Positions 1 through 9,320 of a stretch of DNA of 64,000 nucleotides are shown one piece after another. Under the pieces are notes generated by a model, which made no database searches, had not been told where the DNA came from, and saw only the letters and a program-made list of their open reading frames with translations. Origin of the DNA: Treponemataceae bacterium (lineage in GTDB: Bacteria; Spirochaetota; Spirochaetia; Treponematales; Rectinemataceae); the NCBI GenBank assembly GCA_963667725.2, contig CAXXHO010000003.1:128001-192000 (forward strand), in the 5' to 3' direction. How positions within the stretch are numbered: position 1 is the first letter of the stretch; every line of letters starts with the position of its first letter. A program made the translations under genes and the position numbers.

Positions 1-1793
1 ACCTGCTTGGCGTAGCGCTCGAGGTAGATGGTGCAGCGCGATTCGGCCTCCTCTTTCGAGAGGATGCCGAGCCTAGACAGCATCGCCACGTTGGAGTCCT
101 CCATGAACTCGGGGATGGCTTCGACGGCCGACCTGAAGAGAGGCAGCTTGCGCAGCGCCGCTTCCTTGATCCACTCGGGCGAATAGCCGTTCCCGTTGAA
201 CACGATTCTTTTGTGCGCCTTCCACGCCCCTCCGGCGACGCTCAGGGCCGCCTCTATCGGCGTCGCGCCCTTGGTTATCGCCATCTCCAGCTTTTCGGCA
301 AAGTCGGTGAGGCTTTCGGCGACCGCGGCGTTCAGCACCATCGTGGGCGTCGACGCGGACTGCGATGAAGCCACCATCCTGAACTCGAACTTGTTCCCTG
401 TGTAAGCAAAGGGGCTAGTCCTGTTCCTGTCCGAGACATCCTTCGGCAGCTTGGGCAGACTCTTGGCCCCCAGTTCCACGAGCCCGGCCGAAAAGCTTTT
501 TGCTCCCTTGCCGTTCGCGAACGAGTCGAAGAGCTCGGTCAGCGCATCGCCCAAGAAGACCGAAATTATGGAGGGGGGAGCTTCGTGACCACCCAATCTC
601 CTGTCGTTACCCGCCGTGGAAGCCGAAGCGCGGATAAGGGCGGCCCTCGTGTCCACGGCCTGAATGACCGCCATCGAAAAGAGGATAAAGCGGGCAATGG
701 CCCTGGAAGTTCCCTCTCCCTCATTGGCGAGCGACTTGGGGGGATCGAGGAGATTGATGCCGGTGTTGGTTCCCATAGACCAGTTGACATGTTTTCCGGA
801 TCCGTTGACTCCGTCGAAAGGTTTCTCATGCATGAGCGCTGCCATACCGTGACGTTCCGCGACCTTGCGGAGCGTCTCCATGACAAGCTGGTTGGCGTCG
901 GCCGCGATGTTGGCTTGCGCGAAGAGGACGGCGAGTTCGAACTGGTTGGGGGCGACCTCGTTGTGCTGTGTCTTGGCGGGAACTCCCATGGACCAAAGCA
1001 CGCTGTTCACCTCGTTCATGAAACCGGCCACTTTCTCTTCGATGGCGCCGTAGTAGTGATCCTCCATCTCCTGTCCCTTCGCCGGCATCGATCCGAACAC
1101 GGTCCTGCCCGTCAGCACGAGATCGGGACGCTTCCTGTAAAGCTCGGCGTTGACGAGGAAGTATTCCTGTTCCGGCCCGACGGTGGGCACCACTCTCTCG
1201 ACGTCGCCATCCCCGATGAGGTGGAGGACTTTGACGGCGGCTCTATTGAGCGCTTCCATGGAGCGGAGGAGAGGGACTTTCTTGTCGAGGGCGTAGCCGT
1301 TGTAGGAAACGAAGGCCGTTGGGATGCAGAGCGTCATGCCGTTGGGGTTCGTTTTCAGGAAGGCGGGACTCGTCACGTCCCAGGCCGTATAGCCGCGGGC
1401 CTCGAAGGTGGCGCGCAGGCCGCCAGAGGCAAAACTAGAGGCGTCGGGTTCACCCTTCACCAGCTCCTTTCCTGAAAACTCCATGATGATGCCGCCGTCG
1501 GCGAGCGGAGAGACGAAGGCTTCATGCTTTTCCGCGCTGAGGCCAGAGAGGGGGTGAAACCAATGCGTATAATGTGTGGCGCCGAACTCCGATGCCCATT
1601 CCTTCATAGCCGCGGCGACTACCTCGGCGACTTCGAGGGTGAGCTCCTTTTTTCCTGTCTGAACGAGCATCAGCTCGGAATAGATGGAGTGGGGGAGGCG
1701 TTCTCTCATGATACTATTGGAGAAACAGTGATTTCCGTAAAGTTCCGATAGTTTTTCGGAAGAATGCGCCTTGTCGAGGTCAGGCTTTCCCAT
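1..1793 (-). CDS. glnA: Glutamine synthetase type III (3' end runs off the window)
   Basis: Manual translation from ATG 1793 (AAGGAG RBS): MGKPDLDK...KEWASEFGATHYTHWFHPL...AEKHEAF, later GEPDASSF, PFAGVNGSGKHN and DRNRTSPFAYTGNKFEFR, which are GSIII signatures. Not in the ORF track because the stop lies outside the window. Confidence 0.95.
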   Translation of the reverse strand, partial: MGKPDLDKAHSSEKLSELYGNHCFSNSIMRERLPHSIYSELMLVQTGKKELTLEVAEVVAAAMKEWASEFGATHYTHWFHPLSGLSAEKHEAFVSPLADGGIIMEFSGKELVKGEPDASSFASGGLRATFEARGYTAWDVTSPAFLKTNPNGMTLCIPTAFVSYNGYALDKKVPLLRSMEALNRAAVKVLHLIGDGDVERVVPTVGPEQEYFLVNAELYRKRPDLVLTGRTVFGSMPAKGQEMEDHYYGAIEEKVAGFMNEVNSVLWSMGVPAKTQHNEVAPNQFELAVLFAQANIAADANQLVMETLRKVAERHGMAALMHEKPFDGVNGSGKHVNWSMGTNTGINLLDPPKSLANEGEGTSRAIARFILFSMAVIQAVDTRAALIRASASTAGNDRRLGGHEAPPSIISVFLGDALTELFDSFANGKGAKSFSAGLVELGAKSLPKLPKDVSDRNRTSPFAYTGNKFEFRMVASSQSASTPTMVLNAAVAESLTDFAEKLEMAITKGATPIEAALSVAGGAWKAHKRIVFNGNGYSPEWIKEAALRKLPLFRSAVEAIPEFMEDSNVAMLSRLGILSKEEAESRCTIYLERYAKQ

Positions 1794-1840
1794 GATTTTC
1801 TCCTTGGAGGTAAGGGGTTGCTGAATATGCCATTAATTAT

Positions 1841-1857
1841 AGCAAGTGCCGTGCCAA
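1841..1857 (-). promoter_or_regulatory. sigma54 (-24/-12) promoter of glnA
   Basis: Minus strand TTGGCACGGCACTTGCT matches YTGGCACG-N4-TTGCW exactly, about 50 nt upstream of the glnA start. Confidence 0.9.
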
Positions 1858-2001
1858 ATGTATTTTTTATTATGTGAGTTTTTGCTTTTTTTTGTATTTC
1901 CAGATCGAGCAGGGAGCTGCGCGTCGTCTCCCATCCCGCGCTCCTCGTGACGCGAGGGATTTTTTGCTAAAGTCGATTTTTTTGCTACATGTATGTAGTA
2001 A

Positions 2002-2019
2002 TGTCAGAAAAATATTACA
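2002..2019. promoter_or_regulatory. Candidate upstream activator sequence (TGT-N12-ACA)
   Basis: TGTCAGAAAAATATTACA lies about 145 bp upstream of the -24 box, with an AT-rich tract (1860-1900) in between. Confidence 0.45.
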
Positions 2020-3571
2020 ATTTTGTCCGATAGCTACGGTAGTCCAGCTTGTAATGCTGGAGGGCGAAGCGGAATCGCCTTTCGGTTATGCCGAGACGGC
2101 GCGCCGCCGAAGCCGAATTGCCTCGCTCGATCTTCAGCGCTTCCACGAGCATTTCCTTCTCCAGCCTGGCGATGGCGCCGTCGAAGGTAGATATGGGCTC
2201 GGTGCCCGTGGAGGTGGCCGACTGGAGGCTGGGCGGCAGGTTGTAGGAATGGATCACGCCGTCGGTGGAGACGATTCCCGCGCGCGAGATGCAGTTCTCC
2301 AATTCCCTGACGTTGCCGGGCCAATGATAGATCATGAGGAGGTCGAGGGCCGGGCTGGATATCCGCTTGATATGCTTGCCCGAAGCGGCGCCGAATTTCT
2401 CGGCGAAATGGTCGGCGAGGAGGAGAATGTCAGCGCCCCTTTCCCGCAGCGGAGGAAGATGAATGGGAAAAACGTTCAGGCGGAAGTAGAGATCCTGTCG
2501 GAAATTTCCCTTTTTTACTTCTTCCAGGAGGTCTCGGTGGGTGGCCGTGAGTATTCTCGCGTTGGTTTTTATGGGCTTGTTTCCGCCTACGCGCTCAAAA
2601 CTACGTTCTTGTAGGATTCTTAGCAGTTTTACCTGAACGGAGGGCGATAGATCCCCGATTTCGTCTAAAAAAAGCGTTCCGTCCCTGGCCATTTCGAAGC
2701 GGCCCTGTCTCGAGGCGATGGCGCCGGTGAAAGCGCCCTTTTCGTGACCGAAGAGCTCGCTTTCGATGATGCTTTCGGGGAGGGCCGCGCAGTTGACGGC
2801 GACAAAGGGTCCGCCTGCCTTCGCGCCGCAGTCGTGTATGGCTCTCGCCACGAGCTCCTTGCCTGTTCCGCTTTCGCCCAGGATGAGGACGGTGGCATTG
2901 GTGCCCGCCACTTGCTCTATCAGCGTGAAGACTTCCTTCATTCGGTCGGAAGTGCCGATGATACCGTGGAAGGAAACGCCCTGGACGCCTTCCGCGGGGT
3001 CTCTCATGGGTGAATTCTTCTCGGAAAGGTTCTGTTCCGCCTCTTCCCTTTGCGCGTCAAGGTTCGGCTTTTTCGCTTTCTGAAGCAGATTAGCCCTGAG
3101 CCCTAGAGCCTCTTCCACGAGGAAGCAGGTCCATTGCACGAGTTCGGCCGCCAGGGCTCTGCGCGCCGGCGGAAAATCCGCTCCAAGGAGGAGGCTTATG
3201 GCTCCCGCGATCGTTCTTTCGTTCCAGATGGGCGCTTCGACGCAAAATGTTCGTTTGTCCATATCGCAGGCGACCAGCTCTTCCTTTTCAAGCGCTTTTC
3301 CGCAGGGGAAGCTTCCCATTCTTATCAGGGAATGCGCGTAGTGATCCTGAGCCGCGGCGGGCGCCGCGGCGATAATTTCCATGCTTTCGCCGGCTTTCCC
3401 CGAAAAGCCTATGATCGCTTCGCCGGGCGCGCAGGCTTCCGCGAGTTTTTGCGCGCAGAGGGGGAGGGCTGTCGGGATCTCGCCGTGGAGGGAGAGTATT
3501 CTCTGTATGGAGAAGAGGACGGGCAGGTTTTCCGCGCTTGGCTGTTTTCTTAACGAACTTGTCGCTGCCAT
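2015..3571 (-). CDS. NifA-like sigma54-dependent enhancer-binding protein (degenerate GAF-like, AAA+, Fis-type HTH)
   Basis: GESGTGKE Walker [31 protein letters not shown] and a C-terminal HTH; no receiver domain. Start moved to ATG 3571, which follows a GGAGG RBS. Confidence 0.9.
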   Translation of the reverse strand: MAATSSLRKQPSAENLPVLFSIQRILSLHGEIPTALPLCAQKLAEACAPGEAIIGFSGKAGESMEIIAAAPAAAQDHYAHSLIRMGSFPCGKALEKEELVACDMDKRTFCVEAPIWNERTIAGAISLLLGADFPPARRALAAELVQWTCFLVEEALGLRANLLQKAKKPNLDAQREEAEQNLSEKNSPMRDPAEGVQGVSFHGIIGTSDRMKEVFTLIEQVAGTNATVLILGESGTGKELVARAIHDCGAKAGGPFVAVNCAALPESIIESELFGHEKGAFTGAIASRQGRFEMARDGTLFLDEIGDLSPSVQVKLLRILQERSFERVGGNKPIKTNARILTATHRDLLEEVKKGNFRQDLYFRLNVFPIHLPPLRERGADILLLADHFAEKFGAASGKHIKRISSPALDLLMIYHWPGNVRELENCISRAGIVSTDGVIHSYNLPPSLQSATSTGTEPISTFDGAIARLEKEMLVEALKIERGNSASAARRLGITERRFRFALQHYKLDYRSYRTKL

Positions 3572-3756
3572 GTTTTCCTCCAACCGTAATGATCCATTTT
3601 CCGCGACCTTTGTCAATCGACGGCTCGCGCTCGAGGGAAGCATTGGTTTTCATGAGCCTCGATTCCTTCGATGGAATCTGCATAAAGATCGAAAAATATG
3701 AATATTTCATGGCATTCCCCCCTTGAAGTCATTTAAAATGCATGATAGGTTCGGTT

Positions 3757-3937
3757 TCACCGATGGAGGAGCGATTCCCATCAGTACGGCGGCTGAGGGC
3801 TTGGGTCCCTGTGATGTCGCCCGAAAGGGGAGGATCGCCGAAGGGCAACAAGAGCACCCAAAAGCTTTTGCCTTGGACGACCGGGCTAATACCCGGCGGC
3901 TGTCGCGGGAATCTAAAACCCGCGGAGAGCCAGACGT
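3757..3937 (+). ncRNA. Lysine riboswitch (L-box)
   Basis: Conserved blocks in the expected order: GGAGGAGCG, AGTA, GAAAGG, CGCCGAA, hairpin CCGGG-CTAATA-CCCGG, CTGTC, hairpin CGCGGG..CCCGCG, GGAGAGCCA. It lies directly upstream of a DAP/lysine operon. Confidence 0.88.
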
Positions 3938-4017
3938 ACGCCTTCTTCCCCTGATGCGGCATATCCGCAGCTTGTTGAAGAGCTACACATGGGCCTTTCT
4001 TCGGATTGGAGGCACAC

Positions 4018-5253
4018 ATGCGTGGCTTTCGATCCGTGGGGCGGAGCGGTATCCACAACGCCGATTTCCGTATTTCCCCACAGAGCGATGATGAATCTCG
4101 AACAGTATCTCCCACTTCCTCCGGCATCGCCACCAATAGTGACGGCGTCACGAATAGTGACGATGCTATGAGGCCCGAACCCCGGCTGAGAGTGGCTGTG
4201 CTCGGCGCCACCGGCGTGGTCGGACAGCGCTTCGTGCGCAGGCTCGTGAATCACCCCCATTTCGAACTGGTCGCCCTGGCGGCGAGCGAGCGTTCGGTGG
4301 GCAAGGCGTATAAGGACGCGTGCACCTGGCACCTCGACGGCGAGGCCTTCGCCGGCTGCGGCGACCTCATCATCCAGGCCTGCAATCCGGAATCGGTGGA
4401 CGCCGATCTCGTTTTTTCCGCCTTGGATACGGAGCCCGCGCGCGAGATAGAGCCGGCCTTCGCGGCCGCCGGCGCCTTCGTGTTTTCGAACGCCAGCGCC
4501 TTCAGAATGGAAGAGGATGTCCCCCTTTTGATTCCGGAACTCAACGCTTCCCATCTTGGAATCCTGGAACGCCAAAAGGCCAACAGAGGTTGGAAAGGCG
4601 CCATAGTCACCAACCCCAACTGCACGACGGTTGTCCTCGCGAGCGCCCTCGCTCCTCTCGACAGGGCTTTCGGCATCGAAGCCGTCATGATGACGAGCAT
4701 GCAGGCCATCTCAGGCGCGGGCTATCCGGGCGTGAGCGCCATGGATATTTCCGGCAACGTGATTCCCCATATCAGGAACGAAGAGCCCAAGGTCGAAGTC
4801 GAGGCGGACAAGATTCTGGGCTGGCTTCGCGGCAGTGGCCTTGAAGCCAGACAGGAAGCGGCGGCCTTCCCGGTATCCGCCACCTGCACGAGAGTTCCCG
4901 TCATAGAAGGCCATACGATAGCCGTTTCGGTCCGCCTCAAGGGGAATCCCTCGGTCGCTGAGGTGGAGAAAGCCTTCAGGGATTTCGTCCCGGAAACCGC
5001 GGGCTTGAGCTTGCACAGCGCTCCCGAGCGCTTCATAGTGGTAAGCGACAATCCCGACAGGCCTCAGCCCAAGCGGGACGTGGAGGTGGATGGCGGCATG
5101 CGCATCACGATAGGGCGGATACGATCCTGCCCCGTGCTCGGCATCAAGTTCATCGCCCTCGGTCACAACACGGAAAGGGGCGCGGCAGGCGCCTCCGTCC
5201 TGAATGCTGAACTGGCTTACGCCAAGGAGGTGCTGCAATGGGTATCACGGTGA
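4018..5253 (+). CDS. asd: Aspartate-semialdehyde dehydrogenase (archaeal/eukaryotic-type)
   Basis: VLGATGVVGQRF, NPNCTT, MQAISGAGYPGV, GHNTERGAAG. GGAGG RBS precedes ATG 4018; alternative start at 4168. Confidence 0.95.
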   Translation: MRGFRSVGRSGIHNADFRISPQSDDESRTVSPTSSGIATNSDGVTNSDDAMRPEPRLRVAVLGATGVVGQRFVRRLVNHPHFELVALAASERSVGKAYKDACTWHLDGEAFAGCGDLIIQACNPESVDADLVFSALDTEPAREIEPAFAAAGAFVFSNASAFRMEEDVPLLIPELNASHLGILERQKANRGWKGAIVTNPNCTTVVLASALAPLDRAFGIEAVMMTSMQAISGAGYPGVSAMDISGNVIPHIRNEEPKVEVEADKILGWLRGSGLEARQEAAAFPVSATCTRVPVIEGHTIAVSVRLKGNPSVAEVEKAFRDFVPETAGLSLHSAPERFIVVSDNPDRPQPKRDVEVDGGMRITIGRIRSCPVLGIKFIALGHNTERGAAGASVLNAELAYAKEVLQWVSR

Positions 5254-6671
5254 TGAAATTCGGCGGCAACGCCTTAGCCGATCCCGCCGGAATCCGCGGA
5301 ATCGCCGACCGCGTCCGGGAAGGCGTCAGGGCGCCAAAGACCGCCGCCGCTTCTTTGGATCAGAATAGCGTCCTCGTCGTGGCGTCCGCCATGGAGGGGG
5401 TGACCGATTCGCTTTTCCTCGCCGCGAGCGCCGCCAAGGATGCCGATCTTTCGGTAGCCAGACGTGTCTGCGCCACGCTGAAGAGCCGTCATCTGGAAGC
5501 GGCGCGCGAACTGAAACCCGAAGGGAGCGCGGGAGCCGAGGCCGAAATCGAATCCATCATCGTAGCACTTGATTCGCGCCTTCAGGGCGTTCGTCTCGTA
5601 GGCGAGCTCAGCGACAGGAATATGGATGAAATCGCCGCCGTGGGCGAGAGGCTCAGCAGCATACTCGTGGCGCTGGCGCTCGATGCCCCCTGCGTTGACG
5701 CGCGCACGATGCTGCGCACCGATTCCCGCTTCGGGCGCGCGAGGCCCGACGTAGCGGCCACCGCGCGTCTTGTCGCCGAACGCCTCCTCCCTCTGCTGGA
5801 ACCCGGACGCATAGCCGTGACGCAGGGCTATATCGGTTCCGACAGCCTCGGCAGCACCACTACCCTGGGGCGGGGCGGCTCCGATTATTCGGCGAGTCTC
5901 TTCGGGGCGGCTCTCAAGGCCTCGGAAATACATATCTGGACTGATTCGGAAGGCATCCTCACCGGTGATCCCGAGGTTGTGCCCCAGGCCCGCACGGTGG
6001 ACGTGCTCGGCTACGAGGAGGCTTCGGAACTGGTGGCCTTCGGCGCCAGAATCCTCCACCCGGCGACGATACGGCCGGCGCTCGAGGCGGGCATTCCCGT
6101 CACCGTACGCAGCGTGGCCAAACCCCAGGGCCTTTTCTCGACGATCAGACCTGGAACTTCCAGCGGAAAGGCTGTGGTCGCCATAGCGATGCGCCGGAAC
6201 GTGGCGGTGATCAGCGTCCGCCAGGAATTGATGATGGAGCAGGCCGGATTCCTCGCCTGCCTCTTCGCCGCCTTCGGCCGGCTCGGCGTCAGCGTCGATC
6301 TCGTTTCCACGTCCGAAATATGCGTTTCCATCTCCCTCGATATGGATGCCCCCCTCGACAAGATCTCGGCCGAACTCGCCGAACTCGGCACCGTCGATAT
6401 CATGAGGGACAGGGCGGTCATAGCCGTCGTCGGCGACATGCTCAAGGAAACGCCCGCCCTCCTGCGGAAGACCTTCGACGCCCTGGGCGACGTGGACATC
6501 GACATGCTGAGCATGGGCGCCAACGACATAAACCTCAGCCTCGTGCTCAAAGCCGAAGCGGCCGACCAAGCCCTTCGGCGCCTCCATGCCGCCTTTTTCG
6601 AGGGTTCGTCAGTCGGTGGTGCGCCGGACGACGGCGCTTCCGGCAGGAACCCGCCGAGGGAGGGATCATGA
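5238..6671 (+). CDS. lysC: Aspartate kinase
   Basis: VMKFGG, SAMEGVTD, TTLGRGGSDYSA, IWTD and two C-terminal ACT-like domains. Confidence 0.93.
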   Translation: MGITVMKFGGNALADPAGIRGIADRVREGVRAPKTAAASLDQNSVLVVASAMEGVTDSLFLAASAAKDADLSVARRVCATLKSRHLEAARELKPEGSAGAEAEIESIIVALDSRLQGVRLVGELSDRNMDEIAAVGERLSSILVALALDAPCVDARTMLRTDSRFGRARPDVAATARLVAERLLPLLEPGRIAVTQGYIGSDSLGSTTTLGRGGSDYSASLFGAALKASEIHIWTDSEGILTGDPEVVPQARTVDVLGYEEASELVAFGARILHPATIRPALEAGIPVTVRSVAKPQGLFSTIRPGTSSGKAVVAIAMRRNVAVISVRQELMMEQAGFLACLFAAFGRLGVSVDLVSTSEICVSISLDMDAPLDKISAELAELGTVDIMRDRAVIAVVGDMLKETPALLRKTFDALGDVDIDMLSMGANDINLSLVLKAEAADQALRRLHAAFFEGSSVGGAPDDGASGRNPPREGS

Positions 6672-7411
6672 GATTGGGCGTCTTCGGAAGAGGGCGGCTG
6701 GGCGGAGCCATCGCGACCGAAATAGCGCGGTACACGGCCGCTCCCGACGCTCTCGAATTGGCCTGGACCGAAGGCAGGGATATGGGGCCGAGAACTCGCG
6801 TCGAGGTGGCCGTCGACGCGAGCAACGCCGCCGCCGTGGAGGAACACCTGGAATGGGCGCTCCGGAGCGGAACCGATCTCGTCATCGCCACTACCGGCTG
6901 GAAAATTCCCGATCTGAACGAAAGAGTGGGCGGGCGCATCGGCGTTCTCGTGGCCTCCAACCTCAGCATGGGCGTCGCGCTGATGCGCCGACTCGCCCTC
7001 ATGGTCGGAGCCTACGCGGCGATGGATCAGGATTCGGACATCGGCATCATCGAGCACCATCATAAGATGAAGCAGGACGCGCCATCGGGCACTGCCCTCA
7101 ACCTGGCGCTCGCGATCCAGTCCTCCTGTCCTCGCTATACGGGATGGAACATGGGATCCAACGAAAAAGACAAGATAAACATGGCATCCCTGCGCACGGG
7201 GTACGAAATCGGGAGACACGAACTCACGCTCGACTCCGCTTTCGAGACGCTGACCATTACCCATCGCGCCAAGGACAGGCGGGTCTTCGCCTCAGGGGCG
7301 ATGCGGGGAGCCACATGGATATGGGGACGCAAGGGTGTCTTCACGATGGACGATTTCGCCTCCGAGGAATTCGGGGGAAGGAAGCCGGCGCGAAATCCGG
7401 CGGGAGCGTAA
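6668..7411 (+). CDS. dapB: 4-hydroxy-tetrahydrodipicolinate reductase
   Basis: GRGRLG, ATTG, ASNLSMGV, EHHHKMKQDAPSGTA, FASGA; ATGA overlap with the lysC stop. Confidence 0.92.
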   Translation: MRLGVFGRGRLGGAIATEIARYTAAPDALELAWTEGRDMGPRTRVEVAVDASNAAAVEEHLEWALRSGTDLVIATTGWKIPDLNERVGGRIGVLVASNLSMGVALMRRLALMVGAYAAMDQDSDIGIIEHHHKMKQDAPSGTALNLALAIQSSCPRYTGWNMGSNEKDKINMASLRTGYEIGRHELTLDSAFETLTITHRAKDRRVFASGAMRGATWIWGRKGVFTMDDFASEEFGGRKPARNPAGA

Positions 7412-7412
7412 A

Positions 7413-8444
7413 ATGATTGCGAATACTGCTTTACATGGATTGGGTGTCGCCGTGGCGACTCCTTTCGATGCCGACGGCCGCGTGGATTTCCAGGCTTTCG
7501 GCCGGCTCCTGGATTTTTTAGCCGGGACGGGAACGAACTCCGGCGCGGGAGCGGGCGCGCGGGCTGCCTCGCGGGCAAACATGTCGTCGCTTCTGAGCGC
7601 GCCCGCTAGTACCGCGGCTGAATTCCAGGCGGCGGAGTGCGGAGGCTGCGATTTCCTGGTGGTGCTGGGCTCCACGGGGGAAGCCGCGACCGTCGAAGCC
7701 GACGAGCGGCGCGACATCATACGATTCGCGGTCGAGCACGCGCACGGGCTCCCTGTCGTCATCGGGACCGGCTCCAATTCGACCGGAGCCTGCGTCCGCC
7801 TCACCGCGGAGGCCGCTTCCCTCGGGGCCGACGCCGTGCTCGTTGTCACGCCCTTCTACAACAAGCCCACTCCCGACGGTCTCGTGGCGCATTTTTCGGC
7901 CGTAGCCGAGGCGGCCGCCAAGTCCGCGGCCAACGCAGCGGGAAACGTACCCGTTGTCGTTTACAATGTCCCCGGACGCACGGGGCTCAACCTCATTCCT
8001 TCCACGCTCGCGAGACTCTGGAAAATTCCGGGCATTCTCGCGGTGAAAGAGTCCTCGGGCAATCTCGCCCAGATTGGCGAAATCGCCAGGACGCTTCCCG
8101 AGGGCAAGATTCTCCTGTCGGGCGACGACGCTCTCGCGCTGCCCGCTTTGGCCGTAGGCGCCTCCGGGCTCATAAGCGTGGCGGGCAACGTCCTTCCGCG
8201 GCGCGTCAAGGCCATGCTGGACGCGGCGATGGCCGGAAGGCGCGAGGAGTCTATCGCGATACACCAAGCCCTGCTTCCCTTCATGGACGCGCTTTTCCTC
8301 GAATCCAATCCCATCCCCCTCAAAGCAGCCCTCGCGCTCACCGGCCTCGCCGGCGAGGCACTCCGCCTGCCCCTGGCCCCCGCATCGGGCGGGACAAGAT
8401 CGGCGCTCGCCAAGGCTTTGAGCCCATTTCTGGAGGTAAAATGA
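7413..8444 (+). CDS. dapA: 4-hydroxy-tetrahydrodipicolinate synthase with an in-frame insertion of about 35 aa
   Basis: ATPF, GSTGE, TPFYNKP, YNVPGRTG, KESSG, SGDD, ESNPIPLK. Confidence 0.93.
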   Translation: MIANTALHGLGVAVATPFDADGRVDFQAFGRLLDFLAGTGTNSGAGAGARAASRANMSSLLSAPASTAAEFQAAECGGCDFLVVLGSTGEAATVEADERRDIIRFAVEHAHGLPVVIGTGSNSTGACVRLTAEAASLGADAVLVVTPFYNKPTPDGLVAHFSAVAEAAAKSAANAAGNVPVVVYNVPGRTGLNLIPSTLARLWKIPGILAVKESSGNLAQIGEIARTLPEGKILLSGDDALALPALAVGASGLISVAGNVLPRRVKAMLDAAMAGRREESIAIHQALLPFMDALFLESNPIPLKAALALTGLAGEALRLPLAPASGGTRSALAKALSPFLEVK

Positions 8445-9247
8445 TGAGCGACGGCATAGCTGCAGCCCTCGAGGCTGCCTTCCAGGAAAAAGGCTCGCTG
8501 GATTCCGGCGGCTGGGAATCCTTCCTCCAGGCCCTGGAATCGGGCGAACTGGCGGCCACCCGCCAGGATGAAAACGGCGAATGGCAGGCGGTCTCCTGGG
8601 TGAAGAAAGCCATACTTTCCGGATTCAAGGCCGGCGGACTGGCCGTCTGGGATTGGCCGGGTGGAGCTTTCGACAGGCCGGCCTTCCCTCCGCGCAGCTT
8701 CAAAGCCGAGGACGGCGTGCGGGTGGTACCCGGCGGCACCTCCTCGCGACGAGGCGCCCACATCGCTTCCGGCGTCGTCATCATGCCTCCATCCTATATC
8801 AATGTGGGCGCCTCTATCGGCTCGGGGACCATGGTGGACAGCCATGTCCTCGTGGGCTCCTGCGCCCGAGTGGGCGAACATGTCCACCTCTCCGCCGGCG
8901 TCCAGGTGGGAGGCGTGCTCGAGCCTCCCCAGGCGAGGCCCGTGGTCATCGAGGATGGAGCCTTCATTGGCGGCCTCTGCGGCATTTTCGAGGGAATCGT
9001 CATCAGGAAGAACGCCGTCCTGGCTCCCGGCACCATTCTTTCGAGGTCGACGCGGATTTTCGACATCGTCAATGGAAGGGAATGGATAGGCGAGGTGCCC
9101 GAATCGGCGGTGGTCGTGCCCGGCGCCCGTCCCGCCAGGGGCGAGTACGCCGCTTCGCAAGGGCTTTCCCTTCAGGCTCCTGTCATCGTAAAGTATCGCG
9201 ATAAAGGCACTGAAGCTTCGGTCGCTCTGGAATCCGCGCTGCGGTGA
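8441..9247 (+). CDS. dapD: Tetrahydrodipicolinate N-succinyltransferase
   Basis: WVKKAIL, RVVPGG, PSYINVGA, MVDSH..VGSCA, GGVLEP hexapeptide repeats; GGAGG RBS. Confidence 0.92.
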   Translation: MMSDGIAAALEAAFQEKGSLDSGGWESFLQALESGELAATRQDENGEWQAVSWVKKAILSGFKAGGLAVWDWPGGAFDRPAFPPRSFKAEDGVRVVPGGTSSRRGAHIASGVVIMPPSYINVGASIGSGTMVDSHVLVGSCARVGEHVHLSAGVQVGGVLEPPQARPVVIEDGAFIGGLCGIFEGIVIRKNAVLAPGTILSRSTRIFDIVNGREWIGEVPESAVVVPGARPARGEYAASQGLSLQAPVIVKYRDKGTEASVALESALR

Positions 9248-9320
9248 CACTCACCCCTGAATCCGGTTCGCGCCGAAAGCCTTCCCGGAACGGGCTTCCC
9301 TGCCTTCATGGAGAAATGCT

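Noticed and set aside
585..1475. 296-aa plus-strand ORF and other ORFs in 196-1751
   Set aside because: Shadows or alternate frames of the minus-strand GSIII gene.
2015..3571. True nifA indicating nitrogen fixation
   Set aside because: No nif genes in the window, and no TGT-N10-ACA site found upstream of the glnA promoter.
7637..8440. Long N-terminal extensions of DapD, DapB, GuaB and PurE in the ORF track suggesting fusions or frameshifts
   Set aside because: Each has a downstream start with an RBS or a stop-start overlap; the extensions are alternate frames of the upstream genes.
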